DNA of 64,000 nucleotides from a virus (Duplodnaviria; Heunggongvirae; Uroviricota; Caudoviricetes): IMG/VR virus record IMGVR_UViG_3300013132_000019; one strand, 5' to 3'. Shown piece by piece: positions 14,207 to 24,643 of this stretch (position 1 is its first letter; each line of letters starts with the position of its first letter). The notes under the pieces were generated by a model. It saw only the letters and a program-made list of their open reading frames with translations, ran no database searches and was not told where the DNA came from. The position numbers and the translations under genes were made by a program.

Positions 14207-14866
14207 ATGGAATATCAGGTCATCTTAGTTGGTAACGGTAAGTACATTCGTAGGTTCTGCAAATATAAAACAAAGGAATTTGCATATGAAACTTATAACG
14301 AACTAAAAGCCGATACACTTAATGTCGCATTCCCAAAGAAATTCATAAATGACGGTAAGATTATGCCTGTTAGTTACGAATTATTTTTGGTTAAGGAGCC
14401 TGAATCGGATGACCAACCAAGATTATTAAGGGATAGATTCGGTAAACTATATGAAGAACCTTTATTATTTGATAAATGGAGACCCTTGCAGTCATCGCCA
14501 TTTCAAATCGAAGAAACCTTTTGGCTGTATGGTTATCCATCTAAAAAGAACCGAAAAACAATACATGATATTGTTAAAATATTGTTCACAAAACCTAATT
14601 ATAAAAATTTAAGACAAGCCATTGTTGTTCATAATAAATTAGTTATTCATAATGAAGAACGTTTTGATATGGTGGTCTGTAAAAATAAGGAAGAGGCTCA
14701 AAGATTACACCATAAACTTCACGATACATCAAAAAGTATAAAGACCAATGATATAATCTTTATGGGTACTTGTGCTGACCCAAACATAGGTATAATGTAT
14801 CAAGTTATACATGAAAACACTGATTGGCCTATGACTAAGATTAGAAGAACCACAACTAAACCATGA
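14207..14866 (+). CDS. Hypothetical protein
   Basis: 219-aa ORF. Confidence 0.75.
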   Translation: MEYQVILVGNGKYIRRFCKYKTKEFAYETYNELKADTLNVAFPKKFINDGKIMPVSYELFLVKEPESDDQPRLLRDRFGKLYEEPLLFDKWRPLQSSPFQIEETFWLYGYPSKKNRKTIHDIVKILFTKPNYKNLRQAIVVHNKLVIHNEERFDMVVCKNKEEAQRLHHKLHDTSKSIKTNDIIFMGTCADPNIGIMYQVIHENTDWPMTKIRRTTTKP

Positions 14867-15119
14867 ATTCTTCTAATTTGGCTTTGACATGTCTCTCCTT
14901 GAACAGTTTATAGTTGGCCCAATCAACGCTTCTATATAACTCATCGAAGAACGGTAACTCATTTGAAATAGCCACGCACTTCGATATTTTAAAAGTTATT
15001 TGGTTTCTCAGATTTTTTGTTACTGAAAAATATAGTTCACCTTCCTTAAATTCTGAAACATCATTTATTTTTTTAACTTCGCCAGAATCTAAATAATGAT
15101 ATTTCTCAAAAACTATCAT
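14856..15119 (-). CDS. Hypothetical protein
   Basis: 87-aa ORF, coupled overlaps. Confidence 0.6.
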   Translation of the reverse strand: MIVFEKYHYLDSGEVKKINDVSEFKEGELYFSVTKNLRNQITFKISKCVAISNELPFFDELYRSVDWANYKLFKERHVKAKLEEFMV

Positions 15120-15385
15120 TCCTTTTCTTTCATGTCAAAGGCTGTTGCAATCTCATCCAATACTTTATAAACATGTTCCATATCTGGTTCACTTAAGTGT
15201 ACTGGATTTAAACACTCAATATGTTCCTCACCATCAGTTGGTAGGAAAAATGCCATAACATCGTAACCTTTCTGTTTAATCATCATATCAACCGAATTTG
15301 CAAATTCTGTTGCTATCCGTTGGTTTTGTAATAATTCTCTGCAAAGATAAAACACGAGAACTAAAGGGTGTTTAGAATCATTCAT
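15116..15385 (-). CDS. Hypothetical protein
   Basis: 89-aa ORF. Confidence 0.65.
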   Translation of the reverse strand: MNDSKHPLVLVFYLCRELLQNQRIATEFANSVDMMIKQKGYDVMAFFLPTDGEEHIECLNPVHLSEPDMEHVYKVLDEIATAFDMKEKE

Positions 15386-15635
15386 TTTTTAAGTCTTTTA
15401 TAAAATCTACGAATTTAACTTCTTCAAGTACATCTGAAAGTTTAACGTTTTCGTCTTTGAAGTATGTTAAAAACACTTTATTTATTGTTGAATCTCTATC
15501 TGTTGAGCCATAAACAGCTTCAGCATACATTGGTGAATTGTTATCATCCAAAACATAAACCAAGTACTCGTTAACTATTTTAGAATCGTGAATAGTACTC
15601 AACAATTTATCACTATTTTTTACTAATATTTTCAT
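15378..15635 (-). CDS. Hypothetical protein
   Basis: 85-aa ORF. Confidence 0.6.
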   Translation of the reverse strand: MKILVKNSDKLLSTIHDSKIVNEYLVYVLDDNNSPMYAEAVYGSTDRDSTINKVFLTYFKDENVKLSDVLEEVKFVDFIKDLKNE

Positions 15636-15694
15636 TTTTAATTCGTTTATATGTTAACACTAAACAAAAAAAACGAATTAGTAAAGGGGTTAAC

Positions 15695-15725
15695 AAAAAA
15701 AGGTGGGAAATATTTCCCACCTTTT
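15695..15725 (-). terminator. Intrinsic terminator
   Basis: AAAAGGTGGGAAA-TA-TTTCCCACCTTTT palindromic hairpin with T run. Confidence 0.75.
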
Positions 15726-15746
15726 CAAAATAACTACGATAGTTGA

Positions 15747-17189
15747 TTAAACCGTAACAGCATCATATCTTGATGAACTGATTACATTCATCATCATGCT
15801 GTATGGTGTCATGTCCTTACCTTCCAAAAGATTGGTAAGTAATGATGGACTAAATCCACTGACAAGTGCAGTTTGAGTTTCGTTGAAACTTACTGGGCTA
15901 TCACTATTACCTGCATTCAAGTTCCAGTAAACCAACTTAGGCATCTCATAACCAGCATTCTCATACATTGACCTAATCATTTCTTGTGCAGTTGGATTCC
16001 AACTACTGACTCTACCGTAGCCTGTTGCGGCATCAAATTGCATGTCACTCAAAATAAGCACCATTGTTGGCATTTCTGATTGAGGAACATTACTTTGCTT
16101 TGCCTTATCCAAAATTAATTGGAACACAGCTTCAATATTGGTATTCATATCCCACTGGGCGCGATGTAACTGATTATACCTTTCATTAAGGTTACCCTTA
16201 AGGTATTGCAATTTTGGTTTGGCTGAGAAAGTTATGAAGGCGTCTTTAAATTCGCCAACATTTCTTTCTGAGATATAAAGACCCAAGCTGATTGCAACAT
16301 CCATACATGTGATAGAACCTGAGCCACTAGCTGAACAACTCATGGAACCTGAAACGTCAACTACTGGTAATAGTCTTTCGTTATTACTTTCCATATAATT
16401 AGGAAGGTTGTCCCACATAGTGTTGGCACCAGCTTTGTTACCATTACGTAACATGTTCATCACGTTGTACGGATATACCGCACCAGTGTTAATCTTAACT
16501 TCGCCACGATTAACTGAGTTAAGATACTCAGTATATCTAGCACCGTCATTTCTTCCGAATGCTCTAGCGTAGTCAGACATTGCTTTAGATGGAACTTTAG
16601 AATAATCAATTGCTGAAAATTCTCTATTGCACATATTGGTTTCAACAACATTGGTTGCTGCAACCAACATTTTTCTATAAGCCTTTGGCGTAAGACCCAT
16701 ATACTTCATGATTTTATTTGCAATAGCACGATTCTTAAGGTTGGTACCATTTGGTCGTGGTGACCATTTTGCTGCGAGACCATCACCAGACTTCAACGCT
16801 GTTGAAATCATTTTTAAGGCCACTTCTTCAAGCTTGGTACCGAACAATGCGAATACGTCATCCCATCTACCATATTCTGAAATTAGATTGGCATTTTTAG
16901 CCATAACTTCAGTTCTGTTGTCGGCAAGATATCTTATGATTGTCTTGAAGATTTTTCTTTCTCCAGCACCACCTCTAATATCTCTAGCCCAGAAAAGAAC
17001 TTTCATAGCTGTAAGAGCATCTTCCTCAAACGCTTTGACAAATAGATTAATCAAATCAGCATCTGATTGTGTTCTCATAGCACCTACTCTGGAGAATAGG
17101 TCAACACACATGTTCAATGTGGTTGAATTTGTCGCCATAGCGTTTTCGGTTGTCATATCCTTAGTTCTTAATGCGTCTACTAATCCCAT
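15747..17189 (-). CDS. DUF2828-like / TROVE-related protein with C-terminal vWA domain
   Basis: RDIRGGAGERK, YGRWDD, AAKWSPR, MIDAS DVSGSM, SDMQFD, WNLN motifs; promoter TTTG-N20-TATATTTG at 17229-17260. Confidence 0.8.
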   Translation of the reverse strand: MGLVDALRTKDMTTENAMATNSTTLNMCVDLFSRVGAMRTQSDADLINLFVKAFEEDALTAMKVLFWARDIRGGAGERKIFKTIIRYLADNRTEVMAKNANLISEYGRWDDVFALFGTKLEEVALKMISTALKSGDGLAAKWSPRPNGTNLKNRAIANKIMKYMGLTPKAYRKMLVAATNVVETNMCNREFSAIDYSKVPSKAMSDYARAFGRNDGARYTEYLNSVNRGEVKINTGAVYPYNVMNMLRNGNKAGANTMWDNLPNYMESNNERLLPVVDVSGSMSCSASGSGSITCMDVAISLGLYISERNVGEFKDAFITFSAKPKLQYLKGNLNERYNQLHRAQWDMNTNIEAVFQLILDKAKQSNVPQSEMPTMVLILSDMQFDAATGYGRVSSWNPTAQEMIRSMYENAGYEMPKLVYWNLNAGNSDSPVSFNETQTALVSGFSPSLLTNLLEGKDMTPYSMMMNVISSSRYDAVTV

Positions 17190-17278
17190 AATTAAAGTTT
17201 TTAATGATTATTAATTTGAATCTGGGTACAAATATATAACGCATTTTTCGAAAATGCAAATTTTATTGAAAAAAAAAA

Positions 17279-17575
17279 TTAATTGTGTGTAATCACCACG
17301 TTGATTCCACCCATTTCAATCTCGATTATATCAGTATATTCATAATCTGAACCGTTAGGGTTTGTCTTGTAATATAAGGTTTCGTCCAACTTTTTATGGT
17401 TATGCGAATCTATAACATAATTTAATGTAAGACCTTCTTTATGTATCTTATCGTTATTGACAATCTCTGATATGGTCTCAACAATATCATTATATGTGAA
17501 CATTTTAATTTTATTTTTCATAACCATTAGAATTTGAGAAAAAAGTCTTCGATACTTTCTTTTATTTTGGTCCAA
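17279..17575 (-). CDS. Hypothetical protein (true start probably MFTYND near 17500)
   Basis: ORF track. Confidence 0.6.
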   Translation of the reverse strand: MDQNKRKYRRLFSQILMVMKNKIKMFTYNDIVETISEIVNNDKIHKEGLTLNYVIDSHNHKKLDETLYYKTNPNGSDYEYTDIIEIEMGGINVVITHN

Positions 17576-17829
17576 CGAGACTTCTCAACTCGCCTAACAC
17601 CACGATTTTGTTTTATCTCTTCACCTAAACCATTTCTTATTTCTTGAATGAATAATTGTTTTTTTAGTTCAGAATTCTGCCTATCAGCCATGATTTCACG
17701 CATTACATTCTCTTCAGTCTCAACACGTTCAAATTTTTCCTCAGCTTCAAGTGTTTTTATAAAGTTCTTTGTCTGTTTATTTGTAATTTCCAATAATTCA
17801 TCCAAACTTACTTCTTGTTTTTTTGACAT
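17527..17829 (-). CDS. Hypothetical coiled-coil protein
   Basis: 100-aa ORF. Confidence 0.65.
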   Translation of the reverse strand: MSKKQEVSLDELLEITNKQTKNFIKTLEAEEKFERVETEENVMREIMADRQNSELKKQLFIQEIRNGLGEEIKQNRGVRRVEKSRWTKIKESIEDFFLKF

Positions 17830-18242
17830 AGCTCTTCAATTTTCTCCTTTGTTTTAGGGTATAGCGGTGTTGGTAGTTCATCAATGGCAAACCAACCATA
17901 GTCACTATTTTCATTGTCTAATGTACATTTAAATTCCGCATTTGTAAAGCCCTCGTAATAATAGAACATTTTATCACCCATGTCTTGTGAATATCGATAT
18001 TTGATATCAATTTTGTCATCAGCATCAACTTTGATTTCTTCCATTATTTCACGTTTTAATGCTGCCATTCTTGTTTCACCTTCATCGATACCACCGCTTA
18101 ATAGTGACCATTTTCCCTTATGGGGTTCACAATTTCTTTTTAATAACAAAACTTTATCAGTTTTTTTACATAAAACCAAAATACCGACAGCTTTTCGCTT
18201 TTCGTTTTCAAAAATCATTTCCCTAAATTTGTCTTTTATCAT
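17808..18242 (-). CDS. NUDIX hydrolase
   Basis: Nudix box GGIDEGETRMAALKREIMEE; start moved to MIKDKFRE. Confidence 0.88.
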   Translation of the reverse strand: MIKDKFREMIFENEKRKAVGILVLCKKTDKVLLLKRNCEPHKGKWSLLSGGIDEGETRMAALKREIMEEIKVDADDKIDIKYRYSQDMGDKMFYYYEGFTNAEFKCTLDNENSDYGWFAIDELPTPLYPKTKEKIEELCQKNKK

Positions 18243-18295
18243 AATTTCTTGACTTATCCATATATTATAAATACATTTAAACAAAGATTAAAGAG

Positions 18296-18652
18296 ATGGA
18301 ATTAATATTTGTTTACAGTATAATAGCATACGGAATAACCAATATATTGGTATTCGGTAGTATCTTTCAGAATTGGAGAGATTTTTGGGATGCGCAAAGC
18401 CCAACGTTCTTTGGAAAACTTTTCAGTTGCCCTATGTGTCTTAGTGTTTGGGTTGGTTTTGGTCTATCGATGGTTTTTCAGAAGTTCAATATCAATACAC
18501 CAATGACAGAGATTGGTATGTTCTTACCAATGAATTATGATATGTTATTATTCGTTGGTAAGATATTTTTGGATGGTATGTTTGCTGGTGGTATTGTATG
18601 GTTAATACACATAATACAGGAAGCCTTTGAACGGGCGTTCAATAATCAATAA
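18296..18652 (+). CDS. Membrane protein (DUF1360-like, CPMCLSVW)
   Basis: Hydrophobic helices around a CxxC motif. Confidence 0.65.
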   Translation: MELIFVYSIIAYGITNILVFGSIFQNWRDFWDAQSPTFFGKLFSCPMCLSVWVGFGLSMVFQKFNINTPMTEIGMFLPMNYDMLLFVGKIFLDGMFAGGIVWLIHIIQEAFERAFNNQ

Positions 18653-19233
18653 TCGATGCAAGATGGGCATGACTCACCATTTTTGCATTTGCATGGTGGT
18701 GCATTGAAATCTGCCAATACTGGTTTACCATTCTTCACAGGTTCTTCAACAACGACCTCATTGATTGGTTTATTTGATGCAGCTTCCTTTGGTTCAACAA
18801 CCGTTTCTTTTTCATCGGATTCAACAACGGTTTCATCATCCAATTCATAATTGGTATCCAATTCAATAGAGTCTTCTGGGAAGGTAAATTTAAGACCTTT
18901 AAGTTTAGTCAATTGAGTTTTATTAAATAGATTTTTAAGTTCAGATACTTTCTCTTTGAAGAGTTCATTCTTCATTTCTCTTTCCTTATTCAACTTAATC
19001 GCTCGTTCGATAAAATCCAATAATGAGTCAACATTATGTTTTGGGTCTTCAGAATAAGCCACACACTGTAAGGTGTCTGATTCTTTAAGTTCGTTTACAG
19101 CTTTGAATTGTATCCCATCTGATTTTGGTACACCCCAACTGGATGGAAATTCAACTTCAACTATTGGTGTTTTACCATATCTTATTGTCGTAACATATGG
19201 GCTTAGTTCATCTAATCTTTCTTGTATCGCCAT
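18646..19233 (-). CDS. Hypothetical protein with Cys-rich C-terminus
   Basis: 195 aa; ends CKCKNGESCPSC. Confidence 0.7.
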   Translation of the reverse strand: MAIQERLDELSPYVTTIRYGKTPIVEVEFPSSWGVPKSDGIQFKAVNELKESDTLQCVAYSEDPKHNVDSLLDFIERAIKLNKEREMKNELFKEKVSELKNLFNKTQLTKLKGLKFTFPEDSIELDTNYELDDETVVESDEKETVVEPKEAASNKPINEVVVEEPVKNGKPVLADFNAPPCKCKNGESCPSCIDY

Positions 19234-19244
19234 TTGTATTAAGT

Positions 19245-19457
19245 TTAAAAGGTAATACCCGTGAAAATAGATGTTATTATAAACGCTAATGAGATACCAA
19301 ATATTAATAATTGTTTACTATCAATTGAATACCTGCTAGGTTCGCCTCGTCTGGTCATAATAAACGCTTGTATGAAAAAATACGAATGTCTTAATACGTT
19401 CAATACTGAAAGTACCAATAACATTATCAATATCTTATTTACCAATAGTAACATCAC
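19245..19457 (-). CDS. Small two-helix membrane protein
   Basis: Two hydrophobic segments. Confidence 0.6.
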   Translation of the reverse strand: MMLLLVNKILIMLLVLSVLNVLRHSYFFIQAFIMTRRGEPSRYSIDSKQLLIFGISLAFIITSIFTGITF

Positions 19458-19633
19458 AATGATTTTCTTACTTGTGAAATATTCAATCTAATACTTTGGG
19501 CAAGTTTTTTAACTTCCTGTAAACCAACTCTGACTCTAATACCAGCTGATTTATTATCCTTATCATAAAACTTTTCGACATCCTCATCAATGGACGCTAT
19601 GATTTCTTTTATTTTTGCAAATTCTGCTTTCAT
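19454..19633 (-). CDS. Histone H1-like (Hc1-family, Bacteroidota type) small protein, 59 aa
   Basis: Not in track. MKAEFAKIKEIIASIDEDVEKFYDKDNKSAGIRVRVGLQEVKKLAQSIR resembles the family pattern KFY.KGNKAAG.R.R...QE.K.LAQ..R. Confidence 0.7.
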   Translation of the reverse strand: MKAEFAKIKEIIASIDEDVEKFYDKDNKSAGIRVRVGLQEVKKLAQSIRLNISQVRKSL

Positions 19634-19634
19634 T

Positions 19635-19865
19635 TTATTTACTGTTTGTTTCTAAATTATTTTCTGGCTGTACCGCAGTTTTCTGAAGTTCTTGCCATTT
19701 TTGAATCTTCATTGTGTTGATAACTTGTTTTTCTAAAACATCATTTATCATTGAAACCAAATCATCGGTATGTAATGTCTTATTATTAACAAGACGTTCT
19801 AACTCGTTATCTAATTTAACTTGTTCATGGACAAGTCCACTTAAAACCATACTAAATATTCTCAT
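19635..19865 (-). CDS. Hypothetical protein
   Basis: 76-aa ORF. Confidence 0.6.
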   Translation of the reverse strand: MRIFSMVLSGLVHEQVKLDNELERLVNNKTLHTDDLVSMINDVLEKQVINTMKIQKWQELQKTAVQPENNLETNSK

Positions 19866-19895
19866 GACCTAATTATAGTTTAATAGTTTGAAAAA

Positions 19896-20387
19896 TCAAG
19901 TTTTGGACAAAGATTTTTGACCAATTGATTTTTCAAATAACTTATAAACTGATATCAGACAATCGATATCAGCCTTTGTTTTTGTCGTATTATAATCAAA
20001 TAGCTGTTTCCAAAATAATGTGATATTATCAATTTTATCCTGACTATTTTCCTTATCTGGCATTGAGTAGTACACTTCAACCATAAAATCCCTATAATAT
20101 TCCTTTAAGTCCTTTAAGTCACCTAATTTTATATTCTCAGCTTCAAATGCCTCAACAGTTCTTTTAAAACACCAATTATAATGATTTAATTGTTGTACCT
20201 CATTGGTTATATCATCACCCATATAAGTATCAAAACAGAATTTAAATAAAGTTAATACAAAGTCACCATATAATACCAATTTTTGGTGTATTATATCCTC
20301 GTTATTGAATATCATTAAGATGCTTTCTTTTGATATCGGTGTCTGTATATAATTGAAAAATTCGTTGAATTTATTCATGTCCATCAT
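19896..20387 (-). CDS. Hypothetical protein
   Basis: 163-aa ORF. Confidence 0.7.
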   Translation of the reverse strand: MMDMNKFNEFFNYIQTPISKESILMIFNNEDIIHQKLVLYGDFVLTLFKFCFDTYMGDDITNEVQQLNHYNWCFKRTVEAFEAENIKLGDLKDLKEYYRDFMVEVYYSMPDKENSQDKIDNITLFWKQLFDYNTTKTKADIDCLISVYKLFEKSIGQKSLSKT

Positions 20388-20433
20388 AATTTAATAATGA
20401 ACTGAATGTATGCAATAAACCCAATTTGTAAAC

Positions 20434-21126
20434 TTAAAATGCTTTTAACATTTCAATCATTTCTGGTTGGGGAAAAATATCAAATTTATCTTTTCTAACT
20501 GATGTGTGTGACCATACACCCCAATCACCATTCAGAGCGTGGTCATTTATTTCAAAACCTTTTCCGTTAGGTTCATCGGCATATTCAGCAAGACCACATC
20601 GTAAATCAATACCATATTTCTCACTCAAAAATATCATTAGTTCTTTAACTGCTTGTATCTGTTTATCGGTATACTTTTGATAATACTGAAATCCTCTGAA
20701 GTTAAAACCTAAATCACAAACCTGTGATTCATCAATTACTGAATTAACATAATTAAGGAATTTACCGTCCTTGGTCTTTGTTAACGGCCCATAATTACAT
20801 ATTTCGATACCTATGGACTGTTGATTAAGTTTTTTATTGTTACTGGTTTTAAGACCCAAATGGTAAGCCCAATAATCTTCATCAAAGGCTCGATAGATTT
20901 TACCATCCATACTGTCTTTATCGCTACCGTTTCTATCAAGACCACCAATAACAAATGATGTTGCTATACGTATTCTGCCCTTATTTGAGTCTCTATCTCT
21001 ATTCCAACCATCAATGGTCCAATCGGCTCTGTGTGACCCAGCTGTTGCATGAAGATAAATGGTATTCTTTGTGGTTTTTTCTTTAACGTATTCCCCGTCC
21101 TCTAATATTCGGTCAATAATTTCCAC
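20434..21126 (-). CDS. N-acetylmuramoyl-L-alanine amidase (Amidase_2; endolysin candidate)
   Basis: IYLHATAG, SIGIEICN, WSHTSVRKDKFDI. Confidence 0.85.
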   Translation of the reverse strand: MEIIDRILEDGEYVKEKTTKNTIYLHATAGSHRADWTIDGWNRDRDSNKGRIRIATSFVIGGLDRNGSDKDSMDGKIYRAFDEDYWAYHLGLKTSNNKKLNQQSIGIEICNYGPLTKTKDGKFLNYVNSVIDESQVCDLGFNFRGFQYYQKYTDKQIQAVKELMIFLSEKYGIDLRCGLAEYADEPNGKGFEINDHALNGDWGVWSHTSVRKDKFDIFPQPEMIEMLKAF

Positions 21127-21128
21127 AA

Positions 21129-21761
21129 CTACTTTAAATCTGTATGCTCACCGCGATGCTCGACAGTCTTATTCTTATCATTAACGTATATAATAAAAGG
21201 ATACTTACCGTATTGACTCATTGGTAGTTTATTGACATCTAAATCAACACCAATAGAATTTTTATAACCACTCATGATTAATTTACCTACTTCTTCAGCC
21301 CAATCATCAGTATTCAATATTACGATTGGTCTTTCACCTTCTTCAGAGTGTTTGGCAAACTTTTCTGGATACATCTTCATTTCAGCTAAACTATAAACTT
21401 TAGTTGCAGCTTTCAACCAATCATTTGACTCGTCATTCATACCAGCGACTATTTCGTTACCACCCATAGCAAATTTCCCGTTGTAAAACGAAAAATACTT
21501 ATCACCATTTTCGGTTTTAATTGGTAAACTTAGTTGAAATAACCTATTTCTATTTAATTCTGGTTTACCTGTTATTACAACACCGTCTTCGAGTTTAACA
21601 GATATGTCTTTACCGTTTATGACTTTAACCATATCATCAATATTGGTGGTGTCAAAATTAACGTCTTCAGTTAAAACAGAAGATTCACCATTACCGATGA
21701 ATCTTTGTTCCAACATCAAATTGGCTTTTAAGATACTTTTATATTTGCCGTTTCTTTTCAT
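21129..21761 (-). CDS. Hypothetical protein (possible virion internal protein)
   Basis: N-terminal ..ILKANLMLEQ..LTED motif. Confidence 0.65.
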   Translation of the reverse strand: MKRNGKYKSILKANLMLEQRFIGNGESSVLTEDVNFDTTNIDDMVKVINGKDISVKLEDGVVITGKPELNRNRLFQLSLPIKTENGDKYFSFYNGKFAMGGNEIVAGMNDESNDWLKAATKVYSLAEMKMYPEKFAKHSEEGERPIVILNTDDWAEEVGKLIMSGYKNSIGVDLDVNKLPMSQYGKYPFIIYVNDKNKTVEHRGEHTDLK

Positions 21762-23344
21762 TATTCAGAATCTTTAATTGATTTATCAATTTCAACAGTT
21801 TCAACAATTTCCTCCTCAATAGTATCTTCTTCTTTAACTGGTTCTTCAGCGTCCTTTGCGGCATCTTTCATTGGTTCACTTTTATCACCGTCTTTATCCA
21901 AATCCAAAAAATCTGGTTTTGCTTCACCCTCGGTCATAAGAGTTCTGGTTTTTTTAAGCATATCAGCAAATACTTTGTTTTCCTCAATTCGTTGAGCACC
22001 TTTAAGATTACCCAAAGTTTCTTCAGATTTGAAACCCATAAGGTGTTTGATTTTATCCATTGATTCTTGAACCAAAGTCTTATCGTATGCGTTCAAAACA
22101 ACAGGTGTACCTTCATTCAGTGAACCTTCCCAACGAATTTTATAATGTTCATTACCATCGGTCATTTCGAATACTTTGTTATCTACTTTGTATGATTCTG
22201 GAATCACTTTAAGTGCTGTCTCAATACCATTGAATGGTTTTTTGAATTTTAATCTTTTCATTTTAGTCGATTCTTTTATTTCTGATTTATTATTATTTTC
22301 GTTTAATTGTCTACCATCCTCAAAGCTGGCAACTGTAGTGTCAGCATCATAAAAATCTTCTATAACATAAACACCTTTTGATTTTTCATTTACATGTTGC
22401 GCACAACCGCAATCACGAGATTCTTGTTTAGCTTTGGCTTTAACACTTTCCAAACTATTACTACCTGAACCTTCTTCCATGAAACCATATGCTTCACCCT
22501 CTTCATCAATCATTTCTTGTGCGGTTTCTTTGGCTATGTTATATGCACCTTGTAAATCTTTCTCATCCAAAGCTTCCTCAACAGCATCTAAACCATTCAT
22601 AAAAGTGCTTGAATCGCTAAGGTCTGAACTGGATAACCCAATCTTTTTACGCAAAATAGCATCAATCAATTTAATTCCAGCCCCTCTAGCGCCATTTTCA
22701 TCAATCCATTTAGATACTAAAGCAATACCCTTTTCGGTTAAAGCTTCATTCAATTTAATTTTTTTAGATTCTTGTATTGCTACTGGTTTTTTTGTAACTT
22801 TTGGTTTATAAGCACTTTTGGTTTTATTCACACCCACATTCTTTTCTTCGATATCATCACCGAATTGGTCAAATGTTGGTGTTGCGGCATCGCGTTTCGC
22901 TTTTGAACGCTCAATCGTTTTAACCAATTTTTTACCGAATTCTGGACCTGTGAAACCTTGTTGTTCTGGAAACACATTTGCCCATTCTGGGTTATTGCCC
23001 ATATTTGATGAACCCTCAATGGCTTCTTTCGCCCTTTGACTGAATTTTTCTGATGGTTTTCTATCATAATTCAACATTTCCATACCATTACGGATTTCCA
23101 TGTCTTCATGATATTCAACCTCATCTTCATAATCATAATTGAACTTGGGTTCTTCTATTGCGTCAGGTATTGAAGAGGTGGACGCTTTCTCGTAGTCAGA
23201 CATCTTTTTCTCAACTTCTTTATAATAAGTATCATTCTCTTTTTTGTCCTGAGCTTTCACTTTATCAGTGATGGCAAGTCCAACAGCTTTTACTTCTGAA
23301 AGAGTTGATTCCCTTAATACCTTTTTTAATTGTTCTTTATCCAT
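21761..23344 (-). CDS. Charged hypothetical protein, likely internal head/scaffold protein
   Basis: Many [ILV]xE motifs (LRES, IQES, LNEA, LNEN, LTE); upstream TATTTATA. Confidence 0.65.
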   Translation of the reverse strand: MDKEQLKKVLRESTLSEVKAVGLAITDKVKAQDKKENDTYYKEVEKKMSDYEKASTSSIPDAIEEPKFNYDYEDEVEYHEDMEIRNGMEMLNYDRKPSEKFSQRAKEAIEGSSNMGNNPEWANVFPEQQGFTGPEFGKKLVKTIERSKAKRDAATPTFDQFGDDIEEKNVGVNKTKSAYKPKVTKKPVAIQESKKIKLNEALTEKGIALVSKWIDENGARGAGIKLIDAILRKKIGLSSSDLSDSSTFMNGLDAVEEALDEKDLQGAYNIAKETAQEMIDEEGEAYGFMEEGSGSNSLESVKAKAKQESRDCGCAQHVNEKSKGVYVIEDFYDADTTVASFEDGRQLNENNNKSEIKESTKMKRLKFKKPFNGIETALKVIPESYKVDNKVFEMTDGNEHYKIRWEGSLNEGTPVVLNAYDKTLVQESMDKIKHLMGFKSEETLGNLKGAQRIEENKVFADMLKKTRTLMTEGEAKPDFLDLDKDGDKSEPMKDAAKDAEEPVKEEDTIEEEIVETVEIDKSIKDSE

Positions 23345-23395
23345 TTTTTTTAAGTATATTTATAAATATGCTTTAATTAATTAAAGTGGTTTATT

Positions 23396-24643
23396 TTAAC
23401 CTTTTTGGTTTGATATTATCGATTTTTTGGTTTTTCTTAATTTAACAACCCCAGTATCACCTTGACTACAACCACCATTTTCAGCTTTCTTATTATTATT
23501 CAATTTAACACAATCATCAAAGTCAACAAATTCACCATCTGGCCAAGAAGTTGCATCTAAGTTAGTTGTATTATCAACACCCTCATTCTTTGTTAGTTTA
23601 TTTGTTTGGTATACATCGATATTCTGTTTATACGGTCCAATCTTTGTACCCTTCTTTGTTGGTGCAAAACCAGGCGCATCATATGTAGCGTTTGACGCTG
23701 CTCCAGTGGATTCCATTACGTCATCTTCGCTGAATTCTTCATCTGAATCAGATATGATTTCTTTCATTTCTTCACTAGGTGAGTTTTTAGACACTTTATT
23801 ACTCATAGTCATCGGACCAACGTAAGCACCACTTGAAGCTGCGCCAGTAGATTCTGTGGTACCCCATTTATCTAACACACCCGCTTTATTTTTTATGTAT
23901 TCGTCTCGCCATTCTAAGAATTTTGGGTTAACGACCTTTATATTGTTACCCTCGATTTGAAATACTGGTAGTTCACCGAATTTTTTGGCAAAGTTTTTAA
24001 TATACCCCATCTCTTTAATCACTTTATCAGCACGAGTTTTAAATGTTCTACCAATAAAGAATTCTTTATCCCTAACAACAGTTTTCGCATCACCATCAGT
24101 TATGCTGTCAATTAAATATTTTGGGCCGTTCTGCCAATCAACTTCGTCCCTTGTATCTGGTAAATCATTTAAATGGCTTAACAGGTGATAATGTTTTATT
24201 TCTTCACCACCACCTTCATTAACGCTTGTTCTATTTAATAACTCATTAACAAATTCATCAATGATGGTTTTTTTAGTTTCTACTTCAGCCATTATGAATT
24301 CTTCAGTGGCGATGTCTTTAATATCGTCAATTGATATTCCTAAAGATTGTAGTATTGGTGGAATTTCTTTAACTTCTGAATCACTTAAAGACGACCTTAA
24401 CAATTCAATAACAGCTTTTTTTAATTCATTAGCATTTACACTTTCAACCTCTTCTTTGAATTGATTGGGTGCCATACCAAATTTTGTTGCATTGTTTTTA
24501 AAATTATGCACAACACCTTCAGCCCCAAGTTTTGATTCACATAATCGGTTAAACTGTTCTGATGTCAGTTTTAGCTTTTTCTTTTTAGCACCCAATTTTT
24601 TTAATAGGATTGCTTGTGATTCGTTTATCTTAATTCGTTTCAT
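23396..24643 (-). CDS. Hypothetical protein, likely internal head protein
   Basis: MKRIKINESQ start; repeated ESTGAAS. Confidence 0.65.
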   Translation of the reverse strand: MKRIKINESQAILLKKLGAKKKKLKLTSEQFNRLCESKLGAEGVVHNFKNNATKFGMAPNQFKEEVESVNANELKKAVIELLRSSLSDSEVKEIPPILQSLGISIDDIKDIATEEFIMAEVETKKTIIDEFVNELLNRTSVNEGGGEEIKHYHLLSHLNDLPDTRDEVDWQNGPKYLIDSITDGDAKTVVRDKEFFIGRTFKTRADKVIKEMGYIKNFAKKFGELPVFQIEGNNIKVVNPKFLEWRDEYIKNKAGVLDKWGTTESTGAASSGAYVGPMTMSNKVSKNSPSEEMKEIISDSDEEFSEDDVMESTGAASNATYDAPGFAPTKKGTKIGPYKQNIDVYQTNKLTKNEGVDNTTNLDATSWPDGEFVDFDDCVKLNNNKKAENGGCSQGDTGVVKLRKTKKSIISNQKG

